The notes under the pieces: model-generated
Databases searched by the model: none
The model's input: only the letters and a program-made list of their open reading frames with translations
What the model was told of the DNA's origin: nothing
NCBI GenBank assembly: GCA_050084515.1
Contig: CM114271.1
Coordinates: 9,672,001 to 9,736,000, forward strand
DNA length: 64,000 nt
Reading direction: 5' to 3'
DNA from: Blasia pusilla
Lineage: Eukaryota
Program-made: the position numbers and the translations under genes
In this document: positions 13,182-26,589 of the stretch, piece after piece
Layout of the letters: every line of letters starts with the position of its first letter
Position numbering within the stretch: the stretch's first letter is position 1

Positions 13182-14383
13182 ATCAAATGTACATTTCCAA
13201 GCTTCCTTCGGATGTAATAAAGGACTTGGCTGCTTGAGTGATCCCACTCTTTTCCTGTTAGGCCAACTTTTCATGCATTCTAGCAGGTTGCTTCACTTTT
13301 GCCTCGTTCCCCCATTATCGTCACACCATTCTTCTCTAACACGGTATTCCATAGACGTGTTGGATTCCTACTACCTTTTGGATTCTCATGTCGGATTCCC
13401 AACCTGTCGGATTCTCATGGGGTGCAGGGCGGAATGGAATCACTTTTCAAGATCATTCTTTTGTTGTGGTGTGCTTGCTTGCAAGGGGTGTAACCCATCG
13501 TATTCCGACGGGTTGCAAGAGTTGCAACCTGTCGGATTCTGACGGGTTGGAAGGGGTGCAACCTATCGGATTCCAACATTTAGGGTCTGAATGAAGGGAC
13601 ATGGGTGCATCAATTCTCTTTACTCCTGACAACTATCAACCTTTTGCTTCAATTGTCCTCTCAATTTGATCACATTTTCTTCTTGATGCATGCATTTCTC
13701 AGTGGCTAAGAGAATGGTGAAACCAAGTTATCAAACGCACAGCACTCCATGGTATACTTTATGCATCCATTCATGAGCCAACATCATCCAATGTTGTCAT
13801 GAAAGTCTTTGGCTACCATCACTGATGAGTGATTTGTTCTGTTGTGGAAAACCCCCTCATGGATGAGTATTGATTGGATGGGATATTTAATGCCTTTTGC
13901 ATGAAGAGTCAAAAATCCATAATGTCAACCACATCTTCAAAGAAGTTAAACCTTGAAGGGCATAGGAGTCTATTCAGACCATAGTTAGAGTCTTTATTTG
14001 AACCTTTCATTGAGATAAAATTGCTACTTCTGGTCAAATTATCTACAGATGGTCCTCCAACAATAATAACCCCCTCTGCCCGACTTACTGCAGAGCTGGC
14101 TTAGACACGCAATGTGAAGAAAATTGGGCTCACATGGAGAGTCATGGAAGGATGTTTGTAGTGGTCTTATGATGTCTACTTGTTTTTCCAAGCCTGGAAA
14201 AAGAAGGTTACTTTAGGCCCGAATGTGATCCACTTGCTACTCTCTTCTAAAGATTTCATGAATTTGAAAGCAAACAAAAATTTCAAAAATGTCAAAAAGT
14301 TTTGAAGAGAGGAGGCAGATTCTGCCCTTTTGTTTAAGAGAGACTCTCCTCTCTTACTCGCTCCTGCCAGAATACCAGCCCCC
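10726..14383 (+). mobile_element. Mutator-like element copy 2: 3' half of gene A plus right terminus
   Basis: Colinear with 52556-56126; ends ...cctgccagaataccagccccc. Confidence 0.8.
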
Positions 14384-15786
14384 GAGTAGTTATGCTAGGA
14401 AGAGGCGTGAATTTTTGGAGCAGATAGGAAGTTAGAACAGCTATGACCAACGGATTCCTAGAGATCATAGGAAAAGATAAGAGAATCGTAGATTAAAGTA
14501 GTCAAAAGATTCGAAGAGGTCTCTACTCTAAAGAAACACTCTAGATCTGTGCTACTGATGTCGGTTAAGAGACTATTTAAAGATTATCAAAGGAGTATTT
14601 AGTATCATTTTATTGCAACGTCCTAATGATGTAGAAATGATCCGAGCCGAAGAGTAGTACCCTCTCATGTTTGTAACCACTTTACATCCTTTTTGTGCTT
14701 GATGGAATAGCACAAACCTCAATTCTTCATTATGATGTGTGATGCATATGTCTGAGAGATCTTTTTGGGTCTACAGAGTGAAAATTGATTGGGAGAGACA
14801 CTTGCACTAAAAGGACAATCAATTGATAGATGTATGAAATTTGTTTGACTGAGTGTAAGCTGCCCAGACGGATTCAGTTCCGAGAGTAGGAAAAGCCCTC
14901 AAGCAATTGAGATCTCTATGAAGTTCTTGTGTGTAAGGAAACATATACCCAAGATTTTGTTCCATACGACTCTAGAGAACAGAAGAAAGAAAACCTTGGT
15001 TCTTGTGAGGAGAAGAATGATCGGATGAATGTTTGAATTTGTTTTGTATAAACATAATTACCATCTTTTTTTATAAACAACACACCTTAAAGCTCTATTT
15101 TTGAATAATAGTGATCTTGTTGGGGAACAAACTTCATAAATATCTCCAAAATGATTACTTTCTAGTATCCTTGTACATTACACATAGGATCAAAATTCTT
15201 GGCGCCGCTGCCAAGGATCACAAGATTAGTGGAGGAGAGAGGAAGAGGATGATGGGTAAAACCGGGAAGGAGGAGGAAGCCTCGCGGCCTCCTAAACCAA
15301 GCCATTTGGTTTTAACAGAAGAACATCTACTGTCCTTAGCTATTCCCTTGAGGCAATGGAGTACTGTAGATAACAATCTTTTCGCTGTACTAGTCTTAGA
15401 AAAGATAGAGAAATTAATTAATCTTGTCAAAGAACCAATCGCTAAATGGTGCTCCACCCATGAATGTCAATTGTACTTGGTGATGAATCCATACTTCTAT
15501 TTATGGGAGGAAAACCAGACAGATAGATTGAGCGCACAAAGCCGTAGGAATTAAGAAGAGTCAATTGTCCCTCCATGGAGTTATACCTTGTAGCAGTATT
15601 GGGTGAGCCACCAAAATCACGAGCCCCAAGGGGTACTCATGGAAGAATCTTGACACTTAGCTCGAAATCCGCGAGCTAAGCGTCAGAATAAGCAGCAAGA
15701 AGACCCATCGTTTTTTAAACCACTAGGAGTAGCTCTCAATCCTCGCCCTCGAACGAAGCTGAAGAGCAAGAAGAGGGACGGAAGTG
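14384..15786 (+). mobile_element. Second, diverged Athila/Tat-like fragment: 3' part of LTR, PBS and start of the gag region
   Basis: PBS TGGCGCCGCTGCCAAGGA at 15200-15217; ORF 15111..15554 homologous to 9088..9417 (HLVL.E.HLLSLAIPLRQW). Confidence 0.8.
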
Positions 15787-16200
15787 TGGAGGCGTGGTAA
15801 GAGGAGAGGAAGAGAGGAGAGAGGAAACTACCTTCAACCCAAAGAGACACAATTTTTTGAAGAGAGCTTCTTGTGGTTTGAAGAGAATTTATGTTGGGTT
15901 GAAGAGAGGAAGTTTTTTTTATGAAAATTTTTGCACTTTTTTTCTCTATGCTTAGTCACTCCCACAAATTGGTTTTTTTCTCTTCCACAATCTAGCAACC
16001 CGTCTAAATCCGACGGGTTGCAACTTGCACAAAAGAAAAAGAAAACTGAAAATTTATTGGATTCACAAATGTGGAAAAATTTACTTTTTCCATCCAAGGT
16101 CTGAAAAAAAATCATCATTTTTCCACAAGGGATTAGAGTTCGAGCTCATAGTGAACATTTTTGCACTTCAAAGTACATTCTAAGACCTCATTTTGCATCC

Positions 16201-19200
16201 TCAAAGTGGTTTGTTTAAGATACTTTGTACTTCTTTGAGGGACAAAATAAGTCGGTGGATTTCTACTCCTACCTCCGACTCTCTTAAAACTACAAGCAAT
16301 AGATAGTTCATGTGCTTACAAGGGAAATACCTTTTCCCACTTGTCTCTCTTTGGACAAAGTCATCATAGGAACATATAGGAAAGCAACATATGTGTACCA
16401 CATACACCCCTGTCAAACTTGAATTCATAGTGTTGTTCCTCACCCAATACATCCTTCCTATTTCATTGGCACTATGAACTTCTTTTGTGGCAATGATTTC
16501 TATATTTCCCTCCCGAGCTGATGCGATTCTCTCTACTCTCTCCACCGTTGGCCTACACATTCTATTTTTCTTCACCCCATTTCTTGACTCGAACATAAAT
16601 AGTGGGTTGAGGTCATCCACCTTCTCCGAGTATATGTTGACATCAATCTTGGGTTGAATCCCAAATGCAAAAGTCTCTGTAATGCGAACATGCTTCGAAC
16701 TCCTTCCGTCTATGAGTCTGAAACCACCAATTGTAAGATTGTACACTTCCTCTTGAGTGCAATTGGTACCTACAGCAATGGGTCAAATTGTGGGGCTATT
16801 CCCTGGAGCTCCAATGGAAGCCGAATAAGACTTTTGGAAAGTGCATGATTCATTTGGGCATAATAAGTACTTCAATTGATCCCCAACTCTGGTAAAACGA
16901 TCAAAGGTTTTCAACTCCCTAAAGCCAGACAATGGTCGTCCTGTCCTTGTACAGTTCTTATTCAAGAAAGTGTCATATGCTCTCCTAATGCCATCCGATT
17001 GTGCCCTCCAAGTGGGTCCACATATGGAGTTCCTTCGAGAAATATATGTCTGCTTGAGGTTGCAATCAACCTCAATGATCGGAATCCCATACTGTTGAAC
17101 TACCCTTCAGACTGTTTGGTTGGAAGTTCCAGCAATAGAGGGATTTTGAAATAAAACATTCAGTGCTTTTGCAGAAGGTACTTCAACTCAAATTTGGGAG
17201 CAGTTTGGTGTCTCTGAATACCTGGGCGGGGTAATTTCAACATCCAAATCAATTACCAAATTCTTTCCTCGATGTTGAGGCTTGACTTGCATGAAGTCAC
17301 TATACTTATAAAGTCTCTAAGAGTCTCGTTCAGATTGTTCTACTACCATCTCTATGGGATGTCTCGAAACACGCCCACGAATGTCCCTACCAATGTGGAC
17401 GTCTTTCTCGAGAGGAGTTTGAGCTATGCACCGATCGAAGGCTTCCACATACAATTTCTCATCTCTAGATCTAACAACGGCTCTAACACAGAGCTCATAA
17501 ATTGAAGGGCCCTTTCCCTTGGTTACACCTTTTGTGAGGAAGATGTGGGATGGTACAGATTGTAGCATTGCTCTTGCCTGGTCTTGTTGGCATGCCTCAA
17601 AAAGAGATATTTTTTGACATGTTTGTGATGACCTTCAAGAGGAATGGACAACCTTGGCTCCACTTATGTTGTGCAAGAGGGCATTTTTGTGAATGTTAAG
17701 TCCCTACATAAGAAATTTTTTCAATTGATGGACGGAACGCCCAAGGGTTCAATGCTTGCAACCTATCAGAATCCGATGGGTTGCAAGCAACAAATCATTT
17801 TAGAAAAAAGTAGAAAAGCATTTTAGAAAAAAGCCGCTTGCAACCTGTTGACAAGCAACAAAACATTTTCGATAAAAGCCGCTTGCAACCCGTTCCCAAA
17901 CGACTTTTCTCTGGCAATGTTCTTGCAACCCCTTAGAATCCGATGGGTTGCAATATGATTTTTTTTGTAGAATGTAACTTCCAACCCTTCGGAATCTGAC
18001 AGGTTGCAAGATTATTTTTTCTCACAAAAAGTTACTTGCAACGTGTCAGATTCCGACAAGTTGCAAGATGAACTTTTTTCGCAAAACATTCGTTCACAAC
18101 CCGTCAGATTGCAACGGGTTACAAGCCGCCAGATTCAAACAGTCCGCAATCTAATGCAACCTGTCGGTTCCGACTGGTTGCTTTAACTACCTATTTTGCA
18201 ACCTGTATGCTTCTGACGGGTTGCAACCTCACACTTGGACCACATACTCACCTGCCGCATAAAGTTTTCCCATTGCCTCATACGGATGGTCCACCAACTG
18301 AGCCATGAACACAACTCTTTGTATTTTCCCTCAATCGCATGCTTTCTTCACCACACATGAAGAAATAATTTACGCAATAAGTTCCTGAAGCTTTCTGGAT
18401 CAGCCAAGAATGCAAGATTATCCCACGGTTGCTTCTCCTCGGTTGCGGTGATCTCCCTTTGGCCAGGGATACCTTGAAGTTGTTCACAAATTTGTGATGC
18501 AGTTGTCAATTTGATCACTCCGGGCTTTGATCCTGGAGAGTTTTTGTACACCTCGACCACCTTCTTTGCCACATCCTCCTTGATGTGTCTCTGAATTGCA
18601 CCCGTGACAGGATGAGTACGAGACCCAACATCAATTTCCATCCTTGTGTACTCGGACATAGAATTGTAGTCGTGCACTATGAAAAAAATATAAACCGAAC
18701 ACTCTCTAACAAAGAAAGGGGAGGCTTGACAATGCGGACATCGATGGCCACCCGACAGTATGGTTGAACCCACGGCGTAAGGAGTTTCTGCATTTTTGGG
18801 AGGGAATTGGGAAGTATTCACGACTCTATTCCCCTCGAGGAAGGGGCATCTTGGACTTCTGCACTCTAAGGCTCCAACACATTGGCGACGGAACAAAATC
18901 CAAGGACCACATGGGATTGAAGCACTTGTTCGATACAGTCGGCACCATCAATGGCAGTTGGATTTTTGGTCCATACCCTTCAAGTGTACTCCATCTTTCT
19001 TCTGAGTAGGACTGACAAGTGGAGGCAGCTCAAAAATGCAATTTCCATCATACGTTGTTGGCAGCTCATCCACGATAATGTGCTTGAACTGTTTCAAGGG
19101 AAGAGAAGAAAGCAAAGAATTCCCCAAGACTCGAAGCAGGAATGAGTAAGAAGATGTTGGGTATGAAGTATTTCCAACAAATCTTGTGAGATTGAAGACA

Positions 19201-19627
19201 TCCGAAATGTCCATAGCTTCAACCGCGATATTCCGAGCTTGTGAAATTGGAGTTGATGCTGAATCGGCCAAAGCAGCCGTGCCGAATGTGGAGCATGGAG
19301 AACTTGAAGGTTTCAGACCGTCTTCATGAGTTGCAATGGTGATCAGAGGTAGGCCATAAACTCTGAATTGTCCATTGGAGTAGGGTAAGAGGTTCCACAC
19401 TTTGGAGCCTCCAATTTCCAGTTGGACTCTTTCACCAATGGCATCATCCGTTCCATCAACTTTGACATCCTTGGATACAAAGATAGTTCCAATCTAGAGA
19501 AGAAATCGGAGTGAAAGGAAATGTTCTTCAACAATTACATGAATGTCACCGGTTGCGCTCAAATTATCTTCGATTGAGGAAGGCACGCTAGATGACTTCC
19601 ACATGTGAGCATCACATAATTTTCCAT
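16201..19627 (-). pseudogene. Gene B (MULE transposase), copy 3, most of the DDE core deleted
   Basis: SWIM-like ICSYDDF..FPCKHM (16201..16746); Cys/His domain 18348..18896; deletion junction near 18360; palindrome-rich intron ~17720-18252. Confidence 0.75.
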
Positions 19628-20749
19628 TTGGGTTAGACCGAGAATGATTTCCTAGATAGAGGAATAAGAATGAGAATGTTGAATTTATAGTCAACAATGT
19701 CTGTTTAAATTATGATAGAATATGTCTGACATGTAGTTGGTAGTTAGGTTGAACCATCGTCAGGTGACTGGACCTACCAAAAAGGAATATTTTGACATCT
19801 TGGTTCATGACTAGTGGGAAAGGATTTTCCAGGCTTCCTTCAACCTGTGGGAGCCGGACGCGTTGGAAGGTAGACCCAAGGGGAACTCCAACCCGTCGAA
19901 GTCCGACAGATTGGAAACCCTCGAGAGGGATGTCGAAGGAACAAACCCTAAGCCCTAAATGCAATTCGACGAGTTGAATTGAGTTTGGATTCTCTCTGGT
20001 CATATTCCATGGGAAAGATCTGCCAAGGGTCCTTCAACATGTTGGAGTCTGACAGATTGCAAAATGAACCGACTCCGACCGGTTGCACGGGGTCCATCCT
20101 ACCCAATTCTTGCAACCCGTCAAACCTTGACGCGTTGCACGGGGTCCATCCACCCTAGGTCCCGTGCAACCCGTCAGACTCCGACGGGTTGAAGGAACTG
20201 GGCAAGATGAATGGTGCATGTGCAACCCGTCGGACTCTGACGGGTTCCACGAGACCTAGGCTGGATGGACTCCGTGCAACCCGTCAGGGTTTGACGGGTT
20301 GCAGGAATTGGGCAGGATGGACCCCGTGCAACCCGTCGGAGTGCGACGGGTTGCAGGTAGAGTCCCGGGTGTACCGCCCAAGCGGTGGAGTTGCAACCCG
20401 TCGCGCTCCGATGGGTTGCAGGCAGCCCAAGTTGAACATGGACCATAATGGTCCACCGTTGCACCAACGGTCGAGTCTAACGGCACTGAAAGTATATAAT
20501 GACCAGTCTCGAGCCTTTTCACTTTTCCATTCTACAGTTTTTCCGCGGTGCTTTCAACTCCCCTATTCACACAACTATGAAAATTGGCTTACCAATTACT
20601 CGGAAATTTCAATGGTTGGTCGTTGTCTCATCATTTGTAGGCTACAAAAGTCGGTGGCGATGGTTCAAATTGAATCGATTATTTTCAGAGATAACGATGA
20701 TTCAAGTCAAAATCCCTTGTGCAACGTTTGATTGTCAACTTATTTCATG

Positions 20750-23700
20750 ATGACTCAAAAAAATTCCCAAGCCAGCAAGGTCGTGAGCTTCTCTCTCAAG
20801 CCAAGTGGAACTCCATTTTCTGGTATGGGACGCACGGCCACAGATTTTCGGCGAGAGAAAATTGAGGAGCGCGAGCGAGAAACCGAGATGAGGAAGCAAG
20901 AAATGTTGCCGAAACTAGCTCCGGAGAAGCTTGCAAAGCAAGAGGAGAAGCAAGAAGCAAAAATGCTTGCGGATGGGGAGAAGGCCAAGAAGAAACACAT
21001 GGATGCCGCCTTCCAGAAAGCCGAATTGGCAAAAGCAGGGAAGGAAAAGGCAATGGCTGCAGAAGAAGAACCCGCCCAGCGACCCATCGAGAGTGTGGAA
21101 ATAGGGGATGTCTCATCCATGAGTTCTAGCGGTCCAATGCAGGAGACCAATACCAATTAGCTTCCAGAGATCAACGAGGAAGCTGTTAGAACCCCGAGTG
21201 TCGAGATCATGGAGATCTTGGAAGGAGAAGAGTCTTCTTCATCTCATATGCCTGTTGAAGAATTCAACCTCTTTGCAATTGAAGAGTTTCTAGTAGACTT
21301 GTCAGATGAGGCTCATGAGGAGCTCGCTAGACTTGACACCGACCCATTTTTCGACTAGGTAAGCATTATTGAACAATTCTCTCTACATTGCATTACTTCC
21401 AGTCGTTCTGAAAATTGGAATTGACAATGGTGATATTCACGCAAGTGGTGAAGCAAATGGCATTGGTGGATGGCTTGAATGCCCCGAGGATTCCTCTCTC
21501 CCGACTCCAAAGGATGGAATACATCCAAGAAATCCAATCGGAGGAAGACATTGACAAGTTGAAGCAATCTGTGGCAACAACTTCATACGTTGATAGCTTC
21601 CCACCTTTCTATGTTCAACCATATGATGAGCATGGAACCCAAGCTTTGGTAACAGAGGAAGAGATGGAGAGTCTGGATGCTTTTTGGAGGCTAAGGGATT
21701 TGGAGTTCCGTAAGGCAGTGGCAAGAACCCAGTACAAGTGGATGCAAAACTTGTACTTCTTCATCTGGGATGGCAACCACCGATTCATGGCATGGTCGCA
21801 ATTTGCAACGGAGTGACCAAACTCCCTTGAGACTCACTTCTGCGTTAAGGTGGTGGTCCTCCGTCCCTACCCGAATCATATGGCTACGGTGGAGATGGTC
21901 ATGCACTCCATGAACACGTACGTATCCTCAAAAAAATTTCCGGAATAAGAACCAGCTTCAACCCGCCGCACTTCGATAAGTTGGTTCTTAGCAATAATCG
22001 TTAACGATAGCAGCAACCCGTCCGAAGGCGACGGGTTGCAATAGGAAGAACTCGCCGCCGTATCTGCAATCCGCTCGACTCCGATGGATTCCTTTTGGCT
22101 CTCTATTGAGTTTCCTGGAAACCCGTTAGAGTCTGATGGGTTGCACAATCTCAAGTGCAGCCATCCCAATAGGACAGGCCTTGCAACCCATTGGAGTCAG
22201 ACGGGTTGCAGATTCAAGAGGAGAGGAAAAGGCAGGTTTGAGTTGCCAATCATGCAACCCGTCGGACTTTCCGGATCTTTACGGAATGAATCTTGGTTGC
22301 GGTGGATGTGCAACTTGTCGGTCTCCGACGGGTTCCAAAGGCATGCAAAGCCAGACCTTCCATTAAGAACATGCAACCCGTCAGACTCCGACGGGTTGTA
22401 GGGCCACTCAAACTCGGCTGTCGGAACTACAATTTTTGCAACCCATCAAAGTCCGACAGGTTGCAAGAGGTCCCTCCTCTTCCAACCCATCGCACTCCAA
22501 CGGGTTGTAGGGCCACTCAAAATCGGCTATGGGAACTACAGTTTGTGCAACCCATCAGACTCCGACGGATCGGAAGAGGAGGGACTTCTTGCAACCCGTC
22601 GAACTCTGACAGGTTGCAAGAGAAAAAACTTGCCTCAAAATCCTCAATACGGATGCAAACATAATACCTAGTGTGGGTGGCTTTGCAACCCATCGTACTC
22701 CGACAGGTTGCCACCCAACCCGGATGCAACTTGTCGATTTCTGACGGATTGCATCAAGGAAGCTTTTGGAGCAACTTGTCGGACTCCAATGGGTTGCAAA
22801 CAGCTGTCATTTTGCTCGTCTTCTTCCAACCCGTCGGAAATTGACAGGTTGCTAGTCAAAGTGTTCTTACTTCTCATTTATGTTTGCAGCATTGTGTCGG
22901 AAGGGAATGTTACCCATCACTGGATCCATGAATGCGGCCGAGTGAGGAAGATTCTTACAATGCACCCGTGGTAATACAAAGGATTCCTTGGAGAGGATTT
23001 GGTGGATGAGATGCTCGCAAAAGGAGCACAAATAAAAAAGAAGACACTCACTCGTCATCATTCGATAGCTCCTCCAGAATCACCCGTGGCATTGCCCTTC
23101 CAAATTTTGGGATCACTGGTAGTAAGGATGACGTCACAACCATTGGCTCTAGTGCAGGTTCATTGATCTATGCAAGCAACTTGTAAACGCCCATCACCCT
23201 CTCGTAGTCAGACTTTGCCTCCTGGCAAAGTTCAAACAATGTGTTCCGAGACTCAAGACGGAGAATGTTTTGGCCACTCTGCCAAGCAGCTCTAACACTT
23301 GCCCCAGAAAGACCCACCAAATTGAGTACCAAATCACCTGGCCTCGAACACTGCTCCATCAGAGTTTGCATGAGTGTGGGTGATTTTTCCCTCCCTCCAA
23401 GCAGTGGCACTCCTTCCTCGACGAAGATTCTTGGGGGTGAATTGGACACGCTGTTAAGAGTGAATCCATCTGCACCCAGATCAATAGGATCTTGTACCTC
23501 AAAAATCTTGAACCTGTGCTCTGGTTTGACAAAACAATAGACGTAAGAGGATTTGATCTGCAATGAATAGATTCGTAAAAATCAGCTAAGAATCGATGGG
23601 AGGAAGAGATTTTCCAGGAGCAACCCGTCGGGTTGCAAATGTCAGATGTTATCGAGGCAATTTTCATTTAGGGGGCGATGCAACCCGTCAAATTTAGACG

Positions 23701-25690
23701 GGTTGCTCACCAACCGTGGATGTGCAACCCATCAAGTTCCAATGGGTTGCACATGCCGTGGCAAGGTCCATTTGCAACCCGTCAAAATCCGACGGGTTGC
23801 TCGACACAACCCAAAACGTGACGAGTGGGCGATGCAACCCGTTGGACTCCGACGTGTTGTACAAAGCCTGCTAGGGTCAATCTACAACCCGTCGGAGTCC
23901 GGCGGCTTGCAGGACCCACTCCCTTTCTGGGGTGTGTTGAGCAACCCGTCGGAGTCCGATGGGTTGCAGGAAAAAATGAAATCCACGATGCAGGAAAAAA
24001 AGAAAACACTTGCATAAGTTTTTCAAACTTACCAATACTTGGTTTGTAGCCGACCTTAGCGGGTAGTCGTTCTTCACTACCCAAGACAAGACAGTTTGCC
24101 ACTTCAACGATCGCTTCACGCAATGCAAGTTGAAGACCTCATCCTCGCTACCTCCGGTGAGAACAAGGAAACATCACGTGTCACTCAGATACGCATTGGC
24201 AAAGGAGAACATCAAAGCAATTTGGTCATATGTGAAGTGAATGTTCCAATCCAGGACTGTGTCGCGTGGGTTCTCTACCCACAATATAAGCCTCAACATC
24301 CCCTTTGAAGTACTCCTCTGTCTTGAAAATGTTTGGGATGTCCTCCTTGCCAATAGCTAGCGCATTATATAAGTCTCGCATTGTTAGACCAGTTAGCTCA
24401 TCGTGGTCGTTGAGGTCCAGCCAGATTGGAGAGTTCAACACTTCCCAAGGGCTCATGTCAAGCGCCATCTCCACGTCGTACATGGAGAATCCTTCGCCAT
24501 CCGGAGTATCTGCCCATAGTTTCAGCGCCACCGGAAACTTCCTCCATCTTCGTGCGTTCACATAGGAGGTCAAAAATTTGAACACCATCCTATGCACGGC
24601 TTGATGGCAAGATGAATCGATAGCTTGATCTTGAATCTCCTTGTTCTTTTTTTGCGAAGTACCATTTCTTCGGGTCGCCAATCTCCTTGACGACATCCCC
24701 AAGTGGCAGAATCTCGCTCTTGAACATCGTCTTGAACGCGGGGTTCTTCGCTGGCTTATCCCGGATGTTGTTCAACCATAATTCGTACTCCTCTTCCAAA
24801 TCAAGGCTAGCCTCCTCTCAAATTGGCTGAATTCTGTGTAGGTCGGCTTGAAGGCACTCAATCATCGACTTTCCTGGCCAACACATTCATTTCCCAAGAT
24901 GCAGTTGTTATGATTCTTTGCTGGTCGATCGAAAAATCGAGGTGGAAAAAAGAAGTGCGACACTGGAGCTACAGAGACGAGGGAATATTTTGGCTTCTGA
25001 GAAAGCAAAGTTCATTCAGGCTGCGGTATCGGCGGCCACCGGCTACCTTGCCAACAAGATGCAATGGTACATGGCCTTCCTCAACCCCGAGCTTAGGCCT
25101 CAAGTTTACAAGGAGTTGAAGGCCATAATCAAGCGGCAACAAAAGACGGACGAGGATCCCCATGGACGGATTATAGAGAAGGTGTCTTTGGATAGAGTTC
25201 ACCGCTTCGCCTTCTCGTGGATTTCAGAATTCAGGTAGATCCGGCTGATGAAGATCAATCTAGAGGGAAGGAGGCAGAGAAAAAATTGCCACACCATCCC
25301 CCTGGGATGTCGGACCCAGTTATTTCCCATTGGCTACAAGAATGGTCCTTTTGGGATGCCTTGCGCTTGCTGGTGCCTCAAATTTCAAGCATTTTGGAGT
25401 TGACTTATGTTGGTTCTTGGGGAAGGAGCAAATATTGATATCCATGGATTTTTGTTTGCAGAAGCTTCAAAATCAGCTCTTGGGGCAGGTGTTGGGACTC
25501 TTCATGGGTCACATGGGACCGATACAGGGTTCCTAGGGGGACAAGGATCTTGGATCCTCCTTCCTTCTCAATTCCAATCTACAATCATGCAGAGGAGCCT
25601 CTGACTAGCCCTGAGAAGTTTCTTGTAGAGGAATCGGCAAGAGTTAGGAACATTTTTGTAGATGACGAGGCTGAAGAGATCATCGACTAG
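20750..25690 (+). pseudogene. Gene A, copy 3, with an inverted and relocated segment at ~23047-24875
   Basis: Coiled coil 20732..21160; ParB-like 21415..21816; methyltransferase exon on the minus strand (23168..23563, EKSPTLMQTLMEQCSRPGDLVLNLVGLSG). Confidence 0.75.
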
Positions 25691-26589
25691 ATTTTCTTGT
25701 TCATGAAATCAGATGTAAATAACCAATTTGCGAATGGTTTTAAATAAAGTGGAAATTTTTTTACGCACCCAATTCTCTTCACGCTTATGGTCTGATCTTA
25801 TTTTCAATCACATTCCAAAATTGGGGTGAGGCTTTTCTCCTTTTACAATCCGTAAAAAACCGATGGGTTGCCTAATGTCTATTCACATTTTCATTTTTCT
25901 TGAAAATAGATTTTCAAATTTACATTTTGACCGATGTTCTTTCATTGTACCAATACCAATTTGTTTCCCTCGATTCTTTTGGTGTGGTGTGTTTGCTTTC
26001 CTGAACTCTAATCTTCACTTCGAGAGGTTGGTAACCCGTCTGATTCAAAAAGGTTGAGAACCACTCCAATTGAACAGTAGAATTGGTTTTTGCAAATAGT
26101 CCAATCTTGCAACCCATTGGAGTCCGACAAGTTGCAAGATAATCTAAACTAGAGACAATATAGTCTTGCAACCCGTCGGATTCTGATAGGTTGCATGTCT
26201 GAATGAATGGACCTGGCTGCTTATCAATCTCCCTCTTCACTACTCATGGCTACAAACCTGTTGCTTCCATTGTCCACTTAGTCCTTCCTTGCAAGTTTTC
26301 TTATTGATGCATACATTTCCCAGTGGTTGAGAGAATGGTGAAACCAAGTTGTCAAACGCACAGTAGTCCATGGTAGACTCCACATACCCATTCATGAGCC
26401 AACATATTTAACTAAATCAAAGCCTCCGAGTTTTCAAGAACCCTACACTTTGATCAAAGACTGTCATCAAAGTCCTCGGCTACGCACAATGGTCAGTGTT
26501 CGGTTTTGTTGTGGAAAATCCCATCTGATGGAATAGTATTGATCGGATGCTTTACCCAATTGGAATCTCCAATAAACATTACAGGACTC

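Larger units (their letters stand above)
15787..26560. mobile_element. Mutator-like element copy 3 (diverged subfamily): left terminus, gene B on minus, gene A on plus, internally rearranged
   Basis: Same gene order and palindromes; left end matches 42060-42150; right subterminal homology to 13620-13890 fades near 26560. Confidence 0.8.
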
